Assembly (NCBI GenBank): GCA_965214935.1 | Contig: CBDCCS010000022.1 | Location: 256,001 to 320,000, forward strand | DNA from: Candidatus Velthaea sp. | Lineage (GTDB): Bacteria > Vulcanimicrobiota > Vulcanimicrobiia > Vulcanimicrobiales > Vulcanimicrobiaceae | Length of the DNA stretch: 64,000 bases | Reading direction: 5' to 3' | Shown here: positions 10,420 to 20,419 of the stretch, piece by piece | Numbering within the stretch: the stretch's first letter is position 1 | How the letters are laid out: each line of letters begins with the position of its first letter | Notes under the pieces: model-generated | What the model was told of the DNA's origin: nothing | Database searches by the model: none | The model's input: the letters and a program-made list of their open reading frames with translations, nothing else | Translations under genes and position numbers: made by a program

Positions 10420-11516
10420 ACCGGTTGATGCGGGCGCCGGCCGGCAATCGGCAGCCGCGCCATCTGCTCGTATGTCTCGCGCAGCCGTTCAACGTTTGTC
10501 GTTGCCGAAAATGCCAGCGTTGCAGCAGGTCGCTGGGCTTGTGCGGCTGCCCAAGCTGTATCGATACCGAGCCAAGCCTCGTTGATACCGGTGGCAAAGC
10601 CGGTTGCATTATCGGGAACGAGCCAACCGGCATAGGGAGCCAGCGTGTCGGCAATTCCGCCGGAATCCGCTCCGATTGCCGGGATACCGCCGGCGAGGCT
10701 TTCGAGCAAAGCGTACGGCAAGCCGTCATAGGCCGACGGAACGACGAGCATATCGATCTCCGCGAACATGTCCGCGCTCGATAAGTCATCGTGAAACGTA
10801 ACGGCATCAATGATTCCGGCCGTGCGCGCGTGCGACCGGACGAGCCCGGCGATCGGACCGCTGCGGCCGAAGACCAGGCGCGCGCTGCCGTTCTTCCTGC
10901 GCACGAGTGCGACGGCGTCAACCGCAATTTCCCACGCTCGATCGGACTCCAAACGGTTCGCATAGCCGACAATCGGTCCCGGCCGCCCGACCGGACGCAT
11001 CACGCTATCGCGCACCGGCGGAGTCACTCCGTAGGGCACGACATGGACCTTTTCGGCCGGCATGTTGAGCGTGCCGACCAGCACGCGGCGTAGCGTATCG
11101 TACGCACATTCAACCGCCCACGAACGCGCAAGCAGTTCGGGCAAGCGTTTCTCGAGAAACGCCTTCGGCATCTCGCCTTTGCGGATCGGATCTTGCAACG
11201 TCACCAGCGTTCGGCCGGCATACCGCGCGGGAAGAGCCCCAAGCGCAACGGCTGCGGCGGTCCAGCCGAAAGCGTGGATGGCGTCGGGCTCGTAACGGTC
11301 GACGGCGCGACGCAACACGCGGATCGACCGCAGAACGTTGAACAGCCCGGCCGGACGCCACGATTCGGTCGGGACGCCCGTGCCGCGCAACGCTTTGGCC
11401 TGCGCGTCAGGCGCCAGCATTCGCGTTTCGTGAACCGGCGCGATTGCAGCAATCGCATCGCGAACGGAACGCAGCATCGCTTGTCCGCCCATCGAGACAA
11501 GATAGAGTACTTTCAC
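10416..11516 (-). CDS. Glycosyltransferase family 4 (GT-B)
   Basis: VVPSAYDGLPYALLESLAGGIPAIG...GGIAD, a GT4-like C-terminal motif; GTGA overlap with the recN stop. Confidence 0.8.
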   Translation of the reverse strand: MKVLYLVSMGGQAMLRSVRDAIAAIAPVHETRMLAPDAQAKALRGTGVPTESWRPAGLFNVLRSIRVLRRAVDRYEPDAIHAFGWTAAAVALGALPARYAGRTLVTLQDPIRKGEMPKAFLEKRLPELLARSWAVECAYDTLRRVLVGTLNMPAEKVHVVPYGVTPPVRDSVMRPVGRPGPIVGYANRLESDRAWEIAVDAVALVRRKNGSARLVFGRSGPIAGLVRSHARTAGIIDAVTFHDDLSSADMFAEIDMLVVPSAYDGLPYALLESLAGGIPAIGADSGGIADTLAPYAGWLVPDNATGFATGINEAWLGIDTAWAAAQAQRPAATLAFSATTNVERLRETYEQMARLPIAGRRPHQPV

Positions 11517-13186
11517 GGGACGTGCGCACCGGCAACGAGCACCGCAGCATGCTGGAGCGATACCAAGTTCGCCTGGCCGGAAAGCATTCGCGCGATCTCT
11601 TCGAGCCGAGCCTCACGGACGCCGAGCGTTTCGAGCTCGATGACCGTTGCGCCGCGAACATCGTGCTTGCGGAGCGCTAGATGCGCGTCCGCCCACGAAG
11701 CGATTTGGGCTAAGTGGGTGACCACGACGACTTGCGTGCCGCGTGCAAGCCGGCCGATCCGGGAGCCGACGGCAACCGCAGTGGCTCCGCCGATGCCCGC
11801 ATCGATTTCATCGAAGACCAGCGCAAGCCGGTCGCGACGGTCGGCAATGGCGACGACGAGAGCGAGGAGCACGCGCGATAATTCGCCGCCCGACGCGCTC
11901 TTGGCAATCGCTCGCAGCGGTTCACCGGCGTTCGCCGATAGTTGCAGTTCTGCTCGCTCCGCCCCGGTAGCGCCGATCCGTTCGAGCGGCTCGAACGTCA
12001 CCGCAAAACGTGCGTTCGGCATTGCTAACGCTGCAAGCTCCGCTGCAACGAGTGCTTCGAGCGCGTCCGCGGCCGACCGGCGTTGCACGCTCAACCGGCC
12101 TGCGGCGTCATGCAACTGCGCCGTTAAACGTGCCGATCGTCCGCGTAACGCCGCAAGATCTCCGTCACGCCGTTCGTCGCGGTCGACAAGCGCGGCGAAG
12201 TCCGCTCGCACCGTGCGGATTTCCGCGAGCGACCCGCCGTACTTCTTCTTAAGCCGGTCGATGTGCTCGAGCCGCGCAAGCAACGTTGCAAGTTCGGCCG
12301 GATCGGCTTCGACCGCTTCGCGTTCACGCGCCAGCCGGCTTACGGCATCATGCAGTTCGGCTTGCAGTGTTACGATCGAAGCAGCGAGCTGTGCGAATGC
12401 GTCGCCGAAGCGCGCGATGCCGGCAAGCGCTGAAGCCGCCGTGCCGGCGGCGTCTTCGGCACCGTTTTCTTCCCCGAGCGCTGCACCCGCCGTCCCGAGT
12501 GCCATGGCGATTTTCTCAGCGTTCGCTAATACATCGCGGCGCTCGCGCAGGCGAACGTCTTCGCCGTCTTCCAGCGCGGCCGCATCGATTTCAGCTAACG
12601 CAAAGCGGGCGAACTCGAGACGAGCGCGTGCCCGTCCGTCGTCTGCCTGGAGTTCGGCAAGCTGCTCGTCGATCGCATGCAACTCGCGGTATACGGCGGC
12701 CACGGCACTGACGGCGGCGGCCGTCGCGCCCGTGCCGAAGCGGTCGACGATCTCGAGTGCAAATGCCGGCGCCAGCAGGCGCTGCGCATCGTGCTGACCG
12801 ACGATCTCGACGACCAAAGCAGCGAGCGCGCGTAACTGGCTTGCACTTGCCGCAACACCGTTGATCCGGGCTTGCGAACGTCCGCCGGCAAGCAGTTCGC
12901 GCGAGATGATGAGATCGTCGTCCTCGGCAAGCACGATACCGCTTGCCGCAGCGGCCTCGCGCAACGCCTCGTCGGGTTCGACCTCGATAACGACACGTGC
13001 CCGTGCGGCCCCGCCGCGGATCATATCGGTATCGGCGCGTTCGCCGAGCGCAAACCGGAGCGCGCCGAGCAACATCGTCTTGCCCGAACCGGTTTCACCG
13101 CTAAAGACGGTAAGACCACCGGCAAAGTCTACTGCCGCATGTGCAATGAGACCGAAATCTTCGATCGTTAAGCGCACGAGCCGCAT
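11513..13186 (-). CDS. recN: DNA repair protein RecN
   Basis: LTIEDFGLI, SGETGSGKT, IVGQHD, ASGGELSR, FDEIDAGIGG, VTHLAQIA; ATG 13186 overlaps the nadK stop. Confidence 0.95.
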   Translation of the reverse strand: MRLVRLTIEDFGLIAHAAVDFAGGLTVFSGETGSGKTMLLGALRFALGERADTDMIRGGAARARVVIEVEPDEALREAAAASGIVLAEDDDLIISRELLAGGRSQARINGVAASASQLRALAALVVEIVGQHDAQRLLAPAFALEIVDRFGTGATAAAVSAVAAVYRELHAIDEQLAELQADDGRARARLEFARFALAEIDAAALEDGEDVRLRERRDVLANAEKIAMALGTAGAALGEENGAEDAAGTAASALAGIARFGDAFAQLAASIVTLQAELHDAVSRLAREREAVEADPAELATLLARLEHIDRLKKKYGGSLAEIRTVRADFAALVDRDERRDGDLAALRGRSARLTAQLHDAAGRLSVQRRSAADALEALVAAELAALAMPNARFAVTFEPLERIGATGAERAELQLSANAGEPLRAIAKSASGGELSRVLLALVVAIADRRDRLALVFDEIDAGIGGATAVAVGSRIGRLARGTQVVVVTHLAQIASWADAHLALRKHDVRGATVIELETLGVREARLEEIARMLSGQANLVSLQHAAVLVAGAHVP

Positions 13187-14040
13187 CAGCCGGCTTCGCG
13201 CTTGATCGGTACGCCCCACTGTAATTTTTCCTCTAAGCGTAGAAAGAACCCATCCGAGCGCGTGCGCGCAAATTTTACCGGACGCGGCGCCCGGCGCACG
13301 ATCACCCGATCACCCGGTGCGAGGTCGCCGGCAAGAGTCCCGTCGATATCGAGATTCGCATGCATCGACTCGGAGTCGACGGTAATCGTGATCGTCGACG
13401 AGGTCGGCACGATCAGCGGCCGGGCAAATAAGGTGTGCGGAAGCAACGCCGCAATGCCGAACGCATCGACCCCGGGCGAAATAATCGGCCCGCCGGCGGA
13501 CAAAAAGTAGGCCGTCGAACCGGTCGGCGTCGCCACAATGATCCCGTCCGACGGCAGCCGCGCTATCGGCTCGTCGTCCAGCGAGAGACCGAAGGGTGCC
13601 ATGCGGGCGTTCGAAGCACGCCGCACGACGACGTCGTTGAGCGCAAAGTGAGCACCTTCGCCGTTGACCGAGGCGTCGAGCGCAACGCGCTCTTCGATGC
13701 GAAACGAACCATCGAGAATATCGCCGATCTCTTCGAGCACGTTATCATGCTCGTCGATCTCCGTTAGAAAACCAAGCCGACCGGTATTGACGCCGAACAC
13801 CGGAACGTCAAGGGGCACCGCAAAGCGCATACCGCGCAGCAGCGTACCGTCGCCGCCGAAGGTTATGATGAGATCGGCGTCTGCCAAACTCGTGCGCGGC
13901 GTACCTAAATCGACTAACTCGACCTGCTCGTCCGCAAGTGCGACGGCGAAGCCGCGACTAACGGCCAGCGCCGCGGCGCTGCGGGCGAACTCGAGCGCAC
14001 GGGGACGATGTAAGTTGACGTAAAACGCAACGGTTCGCAC
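13186..14040 (-). CDS. nadK: NAD kinase
   Basis: GGDGT, GRLGFL, ALND, TPTGSTAY...SAGGP. Confidence 0.95.
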   Translation of the reverse strand: MRTVAFYVNLHRPRALEFARSAAALAVSRGFAVALADEQVELVDLGTPRTSLADADLIITFGGDGTLLRGMRFAVPLDVPVFGVNTGRLGFLTEIDEHDNVLEEIGDILDGSFRIEERVALDASVNGEGAHFALNDVVVRRASNARMAPFGLSLDDEPIARLPSDGIIVATPTGSTAYFLSAGGPIISPGVDAFGIAALLPHTLFARPLIVPTSSTITITVDSESMHANLDIDGTLAGDLAPGDRVIVRRAPRPVKFARTRSDGFFLRLEEKLQWGVPIKREAG

Positions 14041-14852
14041 TAGGCGTTTTCCGTATGGGCGTCGCGAACGAGCGCGTCGACTTTTGCGTCGGTCAACACC
14101 GTTCCACTTTGCGCGATACGATAAAAAAACTCGACGTTGCCCGCCGGTCCGCGTAGCGGCGAAAGCGCGCCGTCAACGGCGACGAGCCCGAACTTTGCGA
14201 GCGCATCGCGCACTTCAACGAGAATCGCGCGATGAACCGCCGCATCGCGGACGACACCGCCGCCGCCGATCCGGTCGCGACCGGCCTCGAATTGCGGCTT
14301 CACGAGCGCGACGATTTCGCCGGCCGGCCGCAAAAACCGAACCGCGCGAGCAAGGATGGTTCGGATCGAAATAAATGATGCATCGATCACGATCAGATCG
14401 AAACGTTCGGGAAATGCGTCGTCCGGCAGGGTCCGAAAATTCGTCCGCTCGATTACGGTGACGCGCGGATCGGTACGTAAGGACCATGCAAGTTGTCCGT
14501 AGCCGACGTCGAGCGCCGTAACATGTTTGGCACCGGCACGTAAAATCGCGTCGGTAAAGCCGCCGGTCGATGCCCCGACGTCAAGCACGTCGAGGTTTGC
14601 CGGGACGATTTCAAACGCGCGCAACGCACCGGCCAGTTTTTCACCGCCGCGGCTGACGAATTCCGGCGGTGCCTGAACGTCGAGTTGCGCGCCGTCACGC
14701 AACAGCGCGCCGGCCTTGGCCGCCGGCCGGCCATCGACCCGAACGCGGCCGGCCAAAATCAGTCCGCGCGCTTGCGAGCGCGTGACGCCGAGCCGGGCGG
14801 CAACTGCGGCGTCCAAGCGTTCGCGTTGCGACAGGCCGGCGGAACGATTTAA
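14040..14852 (-). CDS. tlyA: TlyA family rRNA 2'-O-methyltransferase (S4 + FtsJ-like); start uncertain (TTG 14816, CTG 14834 or TTA 14852)
   Basis: (RERLD) S4 domain, FVSRGGEKL, DVGASTGGFT, DVGYGQL, KPQFE, GNVEF. Confidence 0.92.
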   Translation of the reverse strand, partial: LNRSAGLSQRERLDAAVAARLGVTRSQARGLILAGRVRVDGRPAAKAGALLRDGAQLDVQAPPEFVSRGGEKLAGALRAFEIVPANLDVLDVGASTGGFTDAILRAGAKHVTALDVGYGQLAWSLRTDPRVTVIERTNFRTLPDDAFPERFDLIVIDASFISIRTILARAVRFLRPAGEIVALVKPQFEAGRDRIGGGGVVRDAAVHRAILVEVRDALAKFGLVAVDGALSPLRGPAGNVEFFYRIAQSGTVLTDAKVDALVRDAHTENA

Positions 14853-15127
14853 AATAGCAAATCTTCGTCGGGCAATTCGTCTTCGAGTGACGGACGCTGC
14901 AGTGTTGCGCCGTTCGCTTTCTTCTCGATCACTGCACCGCTAACCGCGGCATCGATCTGCTCCTGCGCGGTTTTGAGCAAACCTTCGCAGCGTCGTGCCA
15001 GTTCGCGTCCTTCTTGAAATAACGCTACCGACTGATCGAGCGAAACGGTATCGCTTTCGAGTTGATGTACGATGTCTTCGAGCCGCTTGAGCGACGACTC
15101 GAACGTCAGCGCTTTATTCTCCGCCAT
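14849..15127 (-). CDS. xseB: Exodeoxyribonuclease VII small subunit
   Basis: TFESSLKRLEDIVHQLE...SLDQSVALFQEG; follows xseA. Confidence 0.93.
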   Translation of the reverse strand: MAENKALTFESSLKRLEDIVHQLESDTVSLDQSVALFQEGRELARRCEGLLKTAQEQIDAAVSGAVIEKKANGATLQRPSLEDELPDEDLLF

Positions 15128-16544
15128 CTGTCCGTTCGCGTTCGACGCAGGCGCCGAGCGTTCCGCGAGCAAGCTGCACGCTCAGATGCGTCCCGGGCGG
15201 CGCGGACGCCGCATCGCGTAACACCGCTCCGTCCGCAGTAACGATGGCGTATCCGCGTTGCAGAATTTTCGTCGGGTCGCGCCCATCGAGCATGACGTCG
15301 AGCAATTGCAGCTTCGCGCGGCGCCGCGTCATTGCCGTAGCGACGGCCGGTTCGATCCGGCCACCCAGCGCAACGAGCCGTCGGCGTTCGCGTGCGAGCG
15401 CCTCGCGTACGGCACCGGCCAAGCCGAATTGTACGAGCGCAAGACGCTCGCGCCGCCGGCTCAAGCGAAGGCTCGGTTTGCACGTCTCGAGCCGTGCCGT
15501 TACGGCATGGAGCGTTCGTACCGCGCCGCGCAGGCGATCGGCGATCGCCCGATCGAGGTCGACGGCGGTCATATCGACGGCTTGGCGTCGCCCGAACAAC
15601 AACCGTTCCGGCGCGGCCAGCGGCGAGCGCGTTTCAATGCGCGCAAGCTCGCGCCGGTGCATTTCGATTCCGCGCTCGAGCACGCGATCGAGCCGCTGAG
15701 CGCAGACGGCGATCGAGCGCTGCACGTCGGCGCGGCGCGGAAGGACGGTTTGGGCGGCTGTCGATGGCGTTGCCGCGCGCCGGTCGGCTACAAAATCCGT
15801 CAGCGGCGCGTCGGCTTCGTGTCCGATCGCCGAGACCGTCGGGTGCACGCAGCGTGCCAGAGCGCGGACGACTCGCTCGTTGTTGAAAACGAACAAATCT
15901 TCATACGAGCCGCCGCCGCGCGCGATCACCACGAGGTCGACGGGCGCACGCGACGCTCGATCGATCGCCGCGACTATCTCGCCGGCGGCGCTTTCGCCTT
16001 GAACGGCCGTTTCGAACAACTCGATGCGGACATGCGGTGCGAGCGCGGCCGCCTGACTGATGAAATCACCCGCGCCGTTCGCGGCACGCGAGGACACGAG
16101 TGCAATATGAAACGGATACGCCGGTAACGGGCGCTTGCGATCGCCGGCGAATAAACCCTCGGCCTCAAGCCGGCGCTTTAGCGCTTCATAAACGGCGTGC
16201 AACCGGCCCGCGCCTTCGAGTTCGACACCGAAAACGCTAAGCTGATACGTGCTCTTTTTGGCATACGTGCCGATGCTGCCGTAAGCGATGACGGCTTGAC
16301 CGTTTGCCAATGCCGGAAACATCGCCGCGGCCTCCGCCCAAGCAATGCATTTAATGAGCGCGTCACGATCTTTGAGATCGAAATACGTCGTCCCGTTCGG
16401 CTGCACCGAGAGCCCGGAGATTTCGCCGCTGACGCCGATCCGGCGCAGCTTGGCATCGGCAGTCAACTTGCGGGTAAGGTAACTTGCCAATCTCGAAACG
16501 CTGACGATTATCTCGGGAACGGCGCTGGTGCTGGACGAAATCAC
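15114..16544 (-). CDS. xseA: Exodeoxyribonuclease VII large subunit
   Basis: VSGEISG...YFDLKD, ARGGGSYEDL, SAIGHE, AATPSTAA, LQRGYA. Confidence 0.95.
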   Translation of the reverse strand: MISSSTSAVPEIIVSVSRLASYLTRKLTADAKLRRIGVSGEISGLSVQPNGTTYFDLKDRDALIKCIAWAEAAAMFPALANGQAVIAYGSIGTYAKKSTYQLSVFGVELEGAGRLHAVYEALKRRLEAEGLFAGDRKRPLPAYPFHIALVSSRAANGAGDFISQAAALAPHVRIELFETAVQGESAAGEIVAAIDRASRAPVDLVVIARGGGSYEDLFVFNNERVVRALARCVHPTVSAIGHEADAPLTDFVADRRAATPSTAAQTVLPRRADVQRSIAVCAQRLDRVLERGIEMHRRELARIETRSPLAAPERLLFGRRQAVDMTAVDLDRAIADRLRGAVRTLHAVTARLETCKPSLRLSRRRERLALVQFGLAGAVREALARERRRLVALGGRIEPAVATAMTRRRAKLQLLDVMLDGRDPTKILQRGYAIVTADGAVLRDAASAPPGTHLSVQLARGTLGACVERERTDGGE

Positions 16545-18625
16545 GGCGTCGGTTCGGGGTCCGGTACGGCATTCGCGGGCCCGGCATCACCAGTCGCAAC
16601 GGTCGCACGGCGATGCAGACGGCGGGGCGGCGGCGTCTCGCCATCGCCGCACACGTGCGCGGGCTCTGTCCCGGCAAGGAAGACCTCCGGCTGGCCGGTA
16701 CCGCACAACGTCACCTTGCGCACCTCACCGGCAGGCAAGGTAAAATCGTGTTTGGGTGTTTTTGCCAAAGCCGACTTCATAAAGCGCGCCCAGATGCGTG
16801 CCGGAATATTGCCGCCGAAGCTTTCGGTCATGCGGTGGTAATCATCGTTACCGACCCATACCGCGGTAACGAGATCCGGCGTAAAGCCGACGAACCAGGC
16901 GTCGCGAAAATCCGACGTCGTCCCGGTCTTGCCCGCCGCCGGACGCCCGATATCCGCATTTGGATAACCGGTGCCGTGCTGGATTACGCCTTCGAGCATC
17001 GAGGTCATCACGTAGGCGGTGCCGGCGCTGATCACTTCAGTTTGCTGCGGATAGGTGTTGTCGAGCAGCGGCGTTCCTAGCGAATCGCGCACCACCCGAA
17101 TCGGCGACGGTTCGATGTGAATGCCCTCGTCGGCGATCGTCGCGTAGCCGCTCGCCATGTCCAAGGGAGAGACGACGCTGGAACCCAGCGCAAGCGACAA
17201 GTTCGCATCGAGCGGCGATTTCACGCCCATCCGTTTCGCATACTCGATCACTTTATCGATGCCGAGTTGTTGCGCGAGCTTCACTGCGACGACGTTGCGG
17301 GATTGGGCGAGTGCATAACGCATCGTAATCGCGCCGAAGAAGCGGTTGTCGTCGTCCATCGGCGCCCAGCGCGTGCCGTCTCCGGCAGGATAGCTCACCG
17401 GCGTATCTTCTAAGATCGTCGTCGGCGGCATCCCGCTATCGACCGCCGCCGTGTACACGAAAGCTTTAAACGACGAGCCGGGTTGACGGCGCGCCTGCCA
17501 CGCGCGATTGAATTGATTGCCGAGCGTGAACCCGCCGGCGCCGCCGACCATCGATACGATTTCACCCGTCGCGGGACGGATTGCGACGAGCGCGGCCTGA
17601 TGCGCGCCGATCCCCTCGCGCTGCGCGCGTCCGATGCCCCAGTCGACGGCGTCCTGCGCGAGCTTCTGCATCGCCGGATCGAGCGTCGTGTTCACTTGCA
17701 AGCCGCCTTCGTACGTTGCTTGCGTACCGAACTGCGTTTCGATGACATGTTGAACGTACGTGGTGAAATACGGATATGCAAACGACTGCAGACCGCTGGG
17801 CCGGTCGCCGATAAGCTTGAGCGGGCGAGCGGCTTCGGCGCGTGCTTCTTGTGCGTTTATAAAGCCGCTCGCGACCATCCGTTCGAGCACGTGACGCTGC
17901 CGTTCTTTCGCCCGTTCTAAACTCACGTAGGGCGAATACGCCGACGGTGCCGCGGGCATGCCGGCTAATAATGCGGCTTGACCGATCGTCAGCCGCTCGA
18001 CGGACGTACCGAAGTACGTGTGCGCCGCTGCTTCGATACCGTAGGCGCCGGACCCGTAGTAAATGATATTAAGATAGCGCTCGAGGATCTCGTTCTTCGT
18101 GTAATAGCGCTCGATTTCGATTGCCAGCAACGCTTCTTCGATTTTGCGCGAAATCGAAACTTCGTCGTTCAAAAATAGCTTGCGCGCCAGCTGCTGCGTG
18201 ATGGTCGAAGCGCCCTGAAATTGTTCGTGCCGCCAGTCGGCGTATGCAGCACGCACGATCCCGCTGAAATCGACTCCGTGATGGTTATAGAAATTCCGAT
18301 CCTCGGTTGCAATGAACGCGTTGCGCACGAATACCGGTATTTTATCGATCGTTACCCAGGTACGATTTTGGCGGTATAAATTTGCTAACAGCGTGCCGTC
18401 GCGGGCAAAGACGCGCGTCGAACGCGAAGGTTGATAGTCGGCCATCCGATTGATGTCCGGCAAGCCGCGCGAGTACGATGTAATGACGCCGGCGGCGATA
18501 CCGGCGACGAGCAGTAGCCCGAGGACTACGAGTGCGAACGCCGCGCGCACGACGTTCCACAGCGCCCAAACGGCGCGCCGTTTCGGACGCTTGCGCGCGC
18601 GCGTTCGCGCGCCGACGCCAATCAT
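16541..18625 (-). CDS. Class A penicillin-binding protein (PBP1A family)
   Basis: N-terminal TM; EDRNFYNHHG and GASTITQQL (transglycosylase); GSSFK, SRN and KTG (transpeptidase). Confidence 0.95.
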   Translation of the reverse strand: MIGVGARTRARKRPKRRAVWALWNVVRAAFALVVLGLLLVAGIAAGVITSYSRGLPDINRMADYQPSRSTRVFARDGTLLANLYRQNRTWVTIDKIPVFVRNAFIATEDRNFYNHHGVDFSGIVRAAYADWRHEQFQGASTITQQLARKLFLNDEVSISRKIEEALLAIEIERYYTKNEILERYLNIIYYGSGAYGIEAAAHTYFGTSVERLTIGQAALLAGMPAAPSAYSPYVSLERAKERQRHVLERMVASGFINAQEARAEAARPLKLIGDRPSGLQSFAYPYFTTYVQHVIETQFGTQATYEGGLQVNTTLDPAMQKLAQDAVDWGIGRAQREGIGAHQAALVAIRPATGEIVSMVGGAGGFTLGNQFNRAWQARRQPGSSFKAFVYTAAVDSGMPPTTILEDTPVSYPAGDGTRWAPMDDDNRFFGAITMRYALAQSRNVVAVKLAQQLGIDKVIEYAKRMGVKSPLDANLSLALGSSVVSPLDMASGYATIADEGIHIEPSPIRVVRDSLGTPLLDNTYPQQTEVISAGTAYVMTSMLEGVIQHGTGYPNADIGRPAAGKTGTTSDFRDAWFVGFTPDLVTAVWVGNDDYHRMTESFGGNIPARIWARFMKSALAKTPKHDFTLPAGEVRKVTLCGTGQPEVFLAGTEPAHVCGDGETPPPRRLHRRATVATGDAGPANAVPDPEPTP

Positions 18626-19011
18626 GGTTTTGCTTTCGCTAACACACCGTTGACGAAGCGGCCCGAATCTTCAGTTGAAAACTTTTTGGCCAACTCGACG
18701 GCTTCGTTGATAACGACGGGACGCGGTGTCGGCAGATGTCCCAGTTCATATACACCCATGCGCAAAACGATTCGGTCGATCGTCGGCAGCCGATCGATGG
18801 TCCAGCCTTCAAGCAACGGCGCAATAATGAGATCGCTTTGCACGACGTGCTCGAGCGTCCCGAGCACGAGATCGCGCACGAAAACACGGGTATCGGCTTC
18901 GGCGGCGCTGCCGACGGTTTCAGCGATCATTTCAGCCGGCTCTTTGTGACCGATCTCCGCGCCGTAAAGGGCTTGTAGCGCAAGTTCGCGCGCGTGTCTG
19001 CGTGACGGCAT
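18622..19011 (-). CDS. nusB: Transcription antitermination factor NusB
   Basis: RRHARELALQALY, INEAVELAKKF, FVNGVL. Confidence 0.95.
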   Translation of the reverse strand: MPSRRHARELALQALYGAEIGHKEPAEMIAETVGSAAEADTRVFVRDLVLGTLEHVVQSDLIIAPLLEGWTIDRLPTIDRIVLRMGVYELGHLPTPRPVVINEAVELAKKFSTEDSGRFVNGVLAKAKP

Positions 19012-19013
19012 TG

Positions 19014-20387
19014 CTACGCCGGAACCTCGGCGAACAAACCGGCGTTTTGCGCCATGAAATCGTTCTTGAGCCATTCGACGCGCAGGCCGCCGCGCCGGAA
19101 ACCGTCGGACCGCAAAACGCCGCGGCAAAAATCGATCGTCGTCTTCACGCCTTCGATACGTGTCTCGCCGAGCGCCCGTTCCAAGCGCGCGATCGCGCCG
19201 TCGCGCGTGCGGTCGTGCGCGATGATTTTCGCAATCATCGAATCATAGTACGGCGGAATGACCGCACCCGTATACATATGCGTGTCGACGCGGATGCCCG
19301 GACCACCCGGAAACTCAACGCGGGTCAGGACGCCCGCAGCCGGGGTGAAACCGGTCGCGGGATCTTCGGCATTGACGCGGACTTCGATGGCATGCCCGAC
19401 CGGATGGATGTCGCGCTGTTTGAAGCCGAGCGGCTCGCCGGCCGCAACCCGGATCTGTTCGCGCACGATGTCGACCCCGTAAACCATTTCCGTGACGGGA
19501 TGCTCGACTTGGATACGCGTGTTCATCTCCATGAAATACACGTCGGTGCCGCTGACAAGGAATTCGAGTGTCCCGGCGCTGGTGTATTTGACCGCGCGCC
19601 CGGCGGCAAGCGCCGTTTGGTGAAGCTTCTTGATCACCGATGCATCGAGCAGCGGCGCCGGTGATTCTTCGATAAGTTTTTGATGCGACGGTTTCTGCAC
19701 CGAGCAATCCCGCTCGCCGAGATGCACGACCGAACCATGATCGTCACCAAGTAACTGCACCTCGATATGCCGCGGTGCCAAGATCAATTTTTCAACGTAC
19801 AGCCGGCCGTCTTTGAAGGATGCCTGCGCTTCAGCTTGGGCGGTCGCATAGGCCGAGCCGAACTCACGCGGGTCGTGAACCTCGCGCATCCCTTTGCCGC
19901 CGCCGCCCGCGGTCGCTTTAAGCAAAACCGGAAAGCCGATTTTCTCCGCGTACTTGCGTGCTTCGTCGACCGACTCGACGATGTCGCTGCCGGGCGTCGT
20001 GGGAACACCGGCATCGCGCATGATCCGCTTGGCCGTCGCCTTGTCGCCCATCGACGCGATCACCGCGGGCGACGGTCCGATGAAGGTCAAGCCGTGATCG
20101 TGCGACATCTCGGCAAATCGGGCATTTTCGGCCAGGAAGCCATAGCCGGGATGGATCGCGTCGGCACCGCAAATGAGCGCCGTCGAAATGATATTGGGGA
20201 TATTGAGATAGGAGCGCCCCACGGCACCCGGCCCGACGCAAAATGCCTCGTCGGCATAGCGCACGTGCAGCGACTCGCGATCGGCGTCGGAAAAGATTGC
20301 TACGGTTTGCACGCCCAACTCACGACATGCGCGATTGATCCGAACCGCGATTTCCCCGCGGTTCGCGATCAAAACTTTCTTAAACAT
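19014..20387 (-). CDS. accC: Acetyl-CoA carboxylase biotin carboxylase subunit
   Basis: IANRGEIAVR, HPGYGFLAEN, GGGGKGMR, EMNTRIQVEHPVTE, YYDSMIAK. Confidence 0.96.
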   Translation of the reverse strand: MFKKVLIANRGEIAVRINRACRELGVQTVAIFSDADRESLHVRYADEAFCVGPGAVGRSYLNIPNIISTALICGADAIHPGYGFLAENARFAEMSHDHGLTFIGPSPAVIASMGDKATAKRIMRDAGVPTTPGSDIVESVDEARKYAEKIGFPVLLKATAGGGGKGMREVHDPREFGSAYATAQAEAQASFKDGRLYVEKLILAPRHIEVQLLGDDHGSVVHLGERDCSVQKPSHQKLIEESPAPLLDASVIKKLHQTALAAGRAVKYTSAGTLEFLVSGTDVYFMEMNTRIQVEHPVTEMVYGVDIVREQIRVAAGEPLGFKQRDIHPVGHAIEVRVNAEDPATGFTPAAGVLTRVEFPGGPGIRVDTHMYTGAVIPPYYDSMIAKIIAHDRTRDGAIARLERALGETRIEGVKTTIDFCRGVLRSDGFRRGGLRVEWLKNDFMAQNAGLFAEVPA

Positions 20388-20419
20388 CGTCGGCTGACTC
20401 TAACCGCTCGGACCGGCGC

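Noticed and set aside
11193..12797. Long antisense or alternative-frame ORFs (e.g. 11193-12797, 2946-4151, 45807-46946, 27521-28477)
   Set aside because: Shadow ORFs of well-supported genes in GC-rich DNA; Arg/Ala/Ser-rich with no motifs
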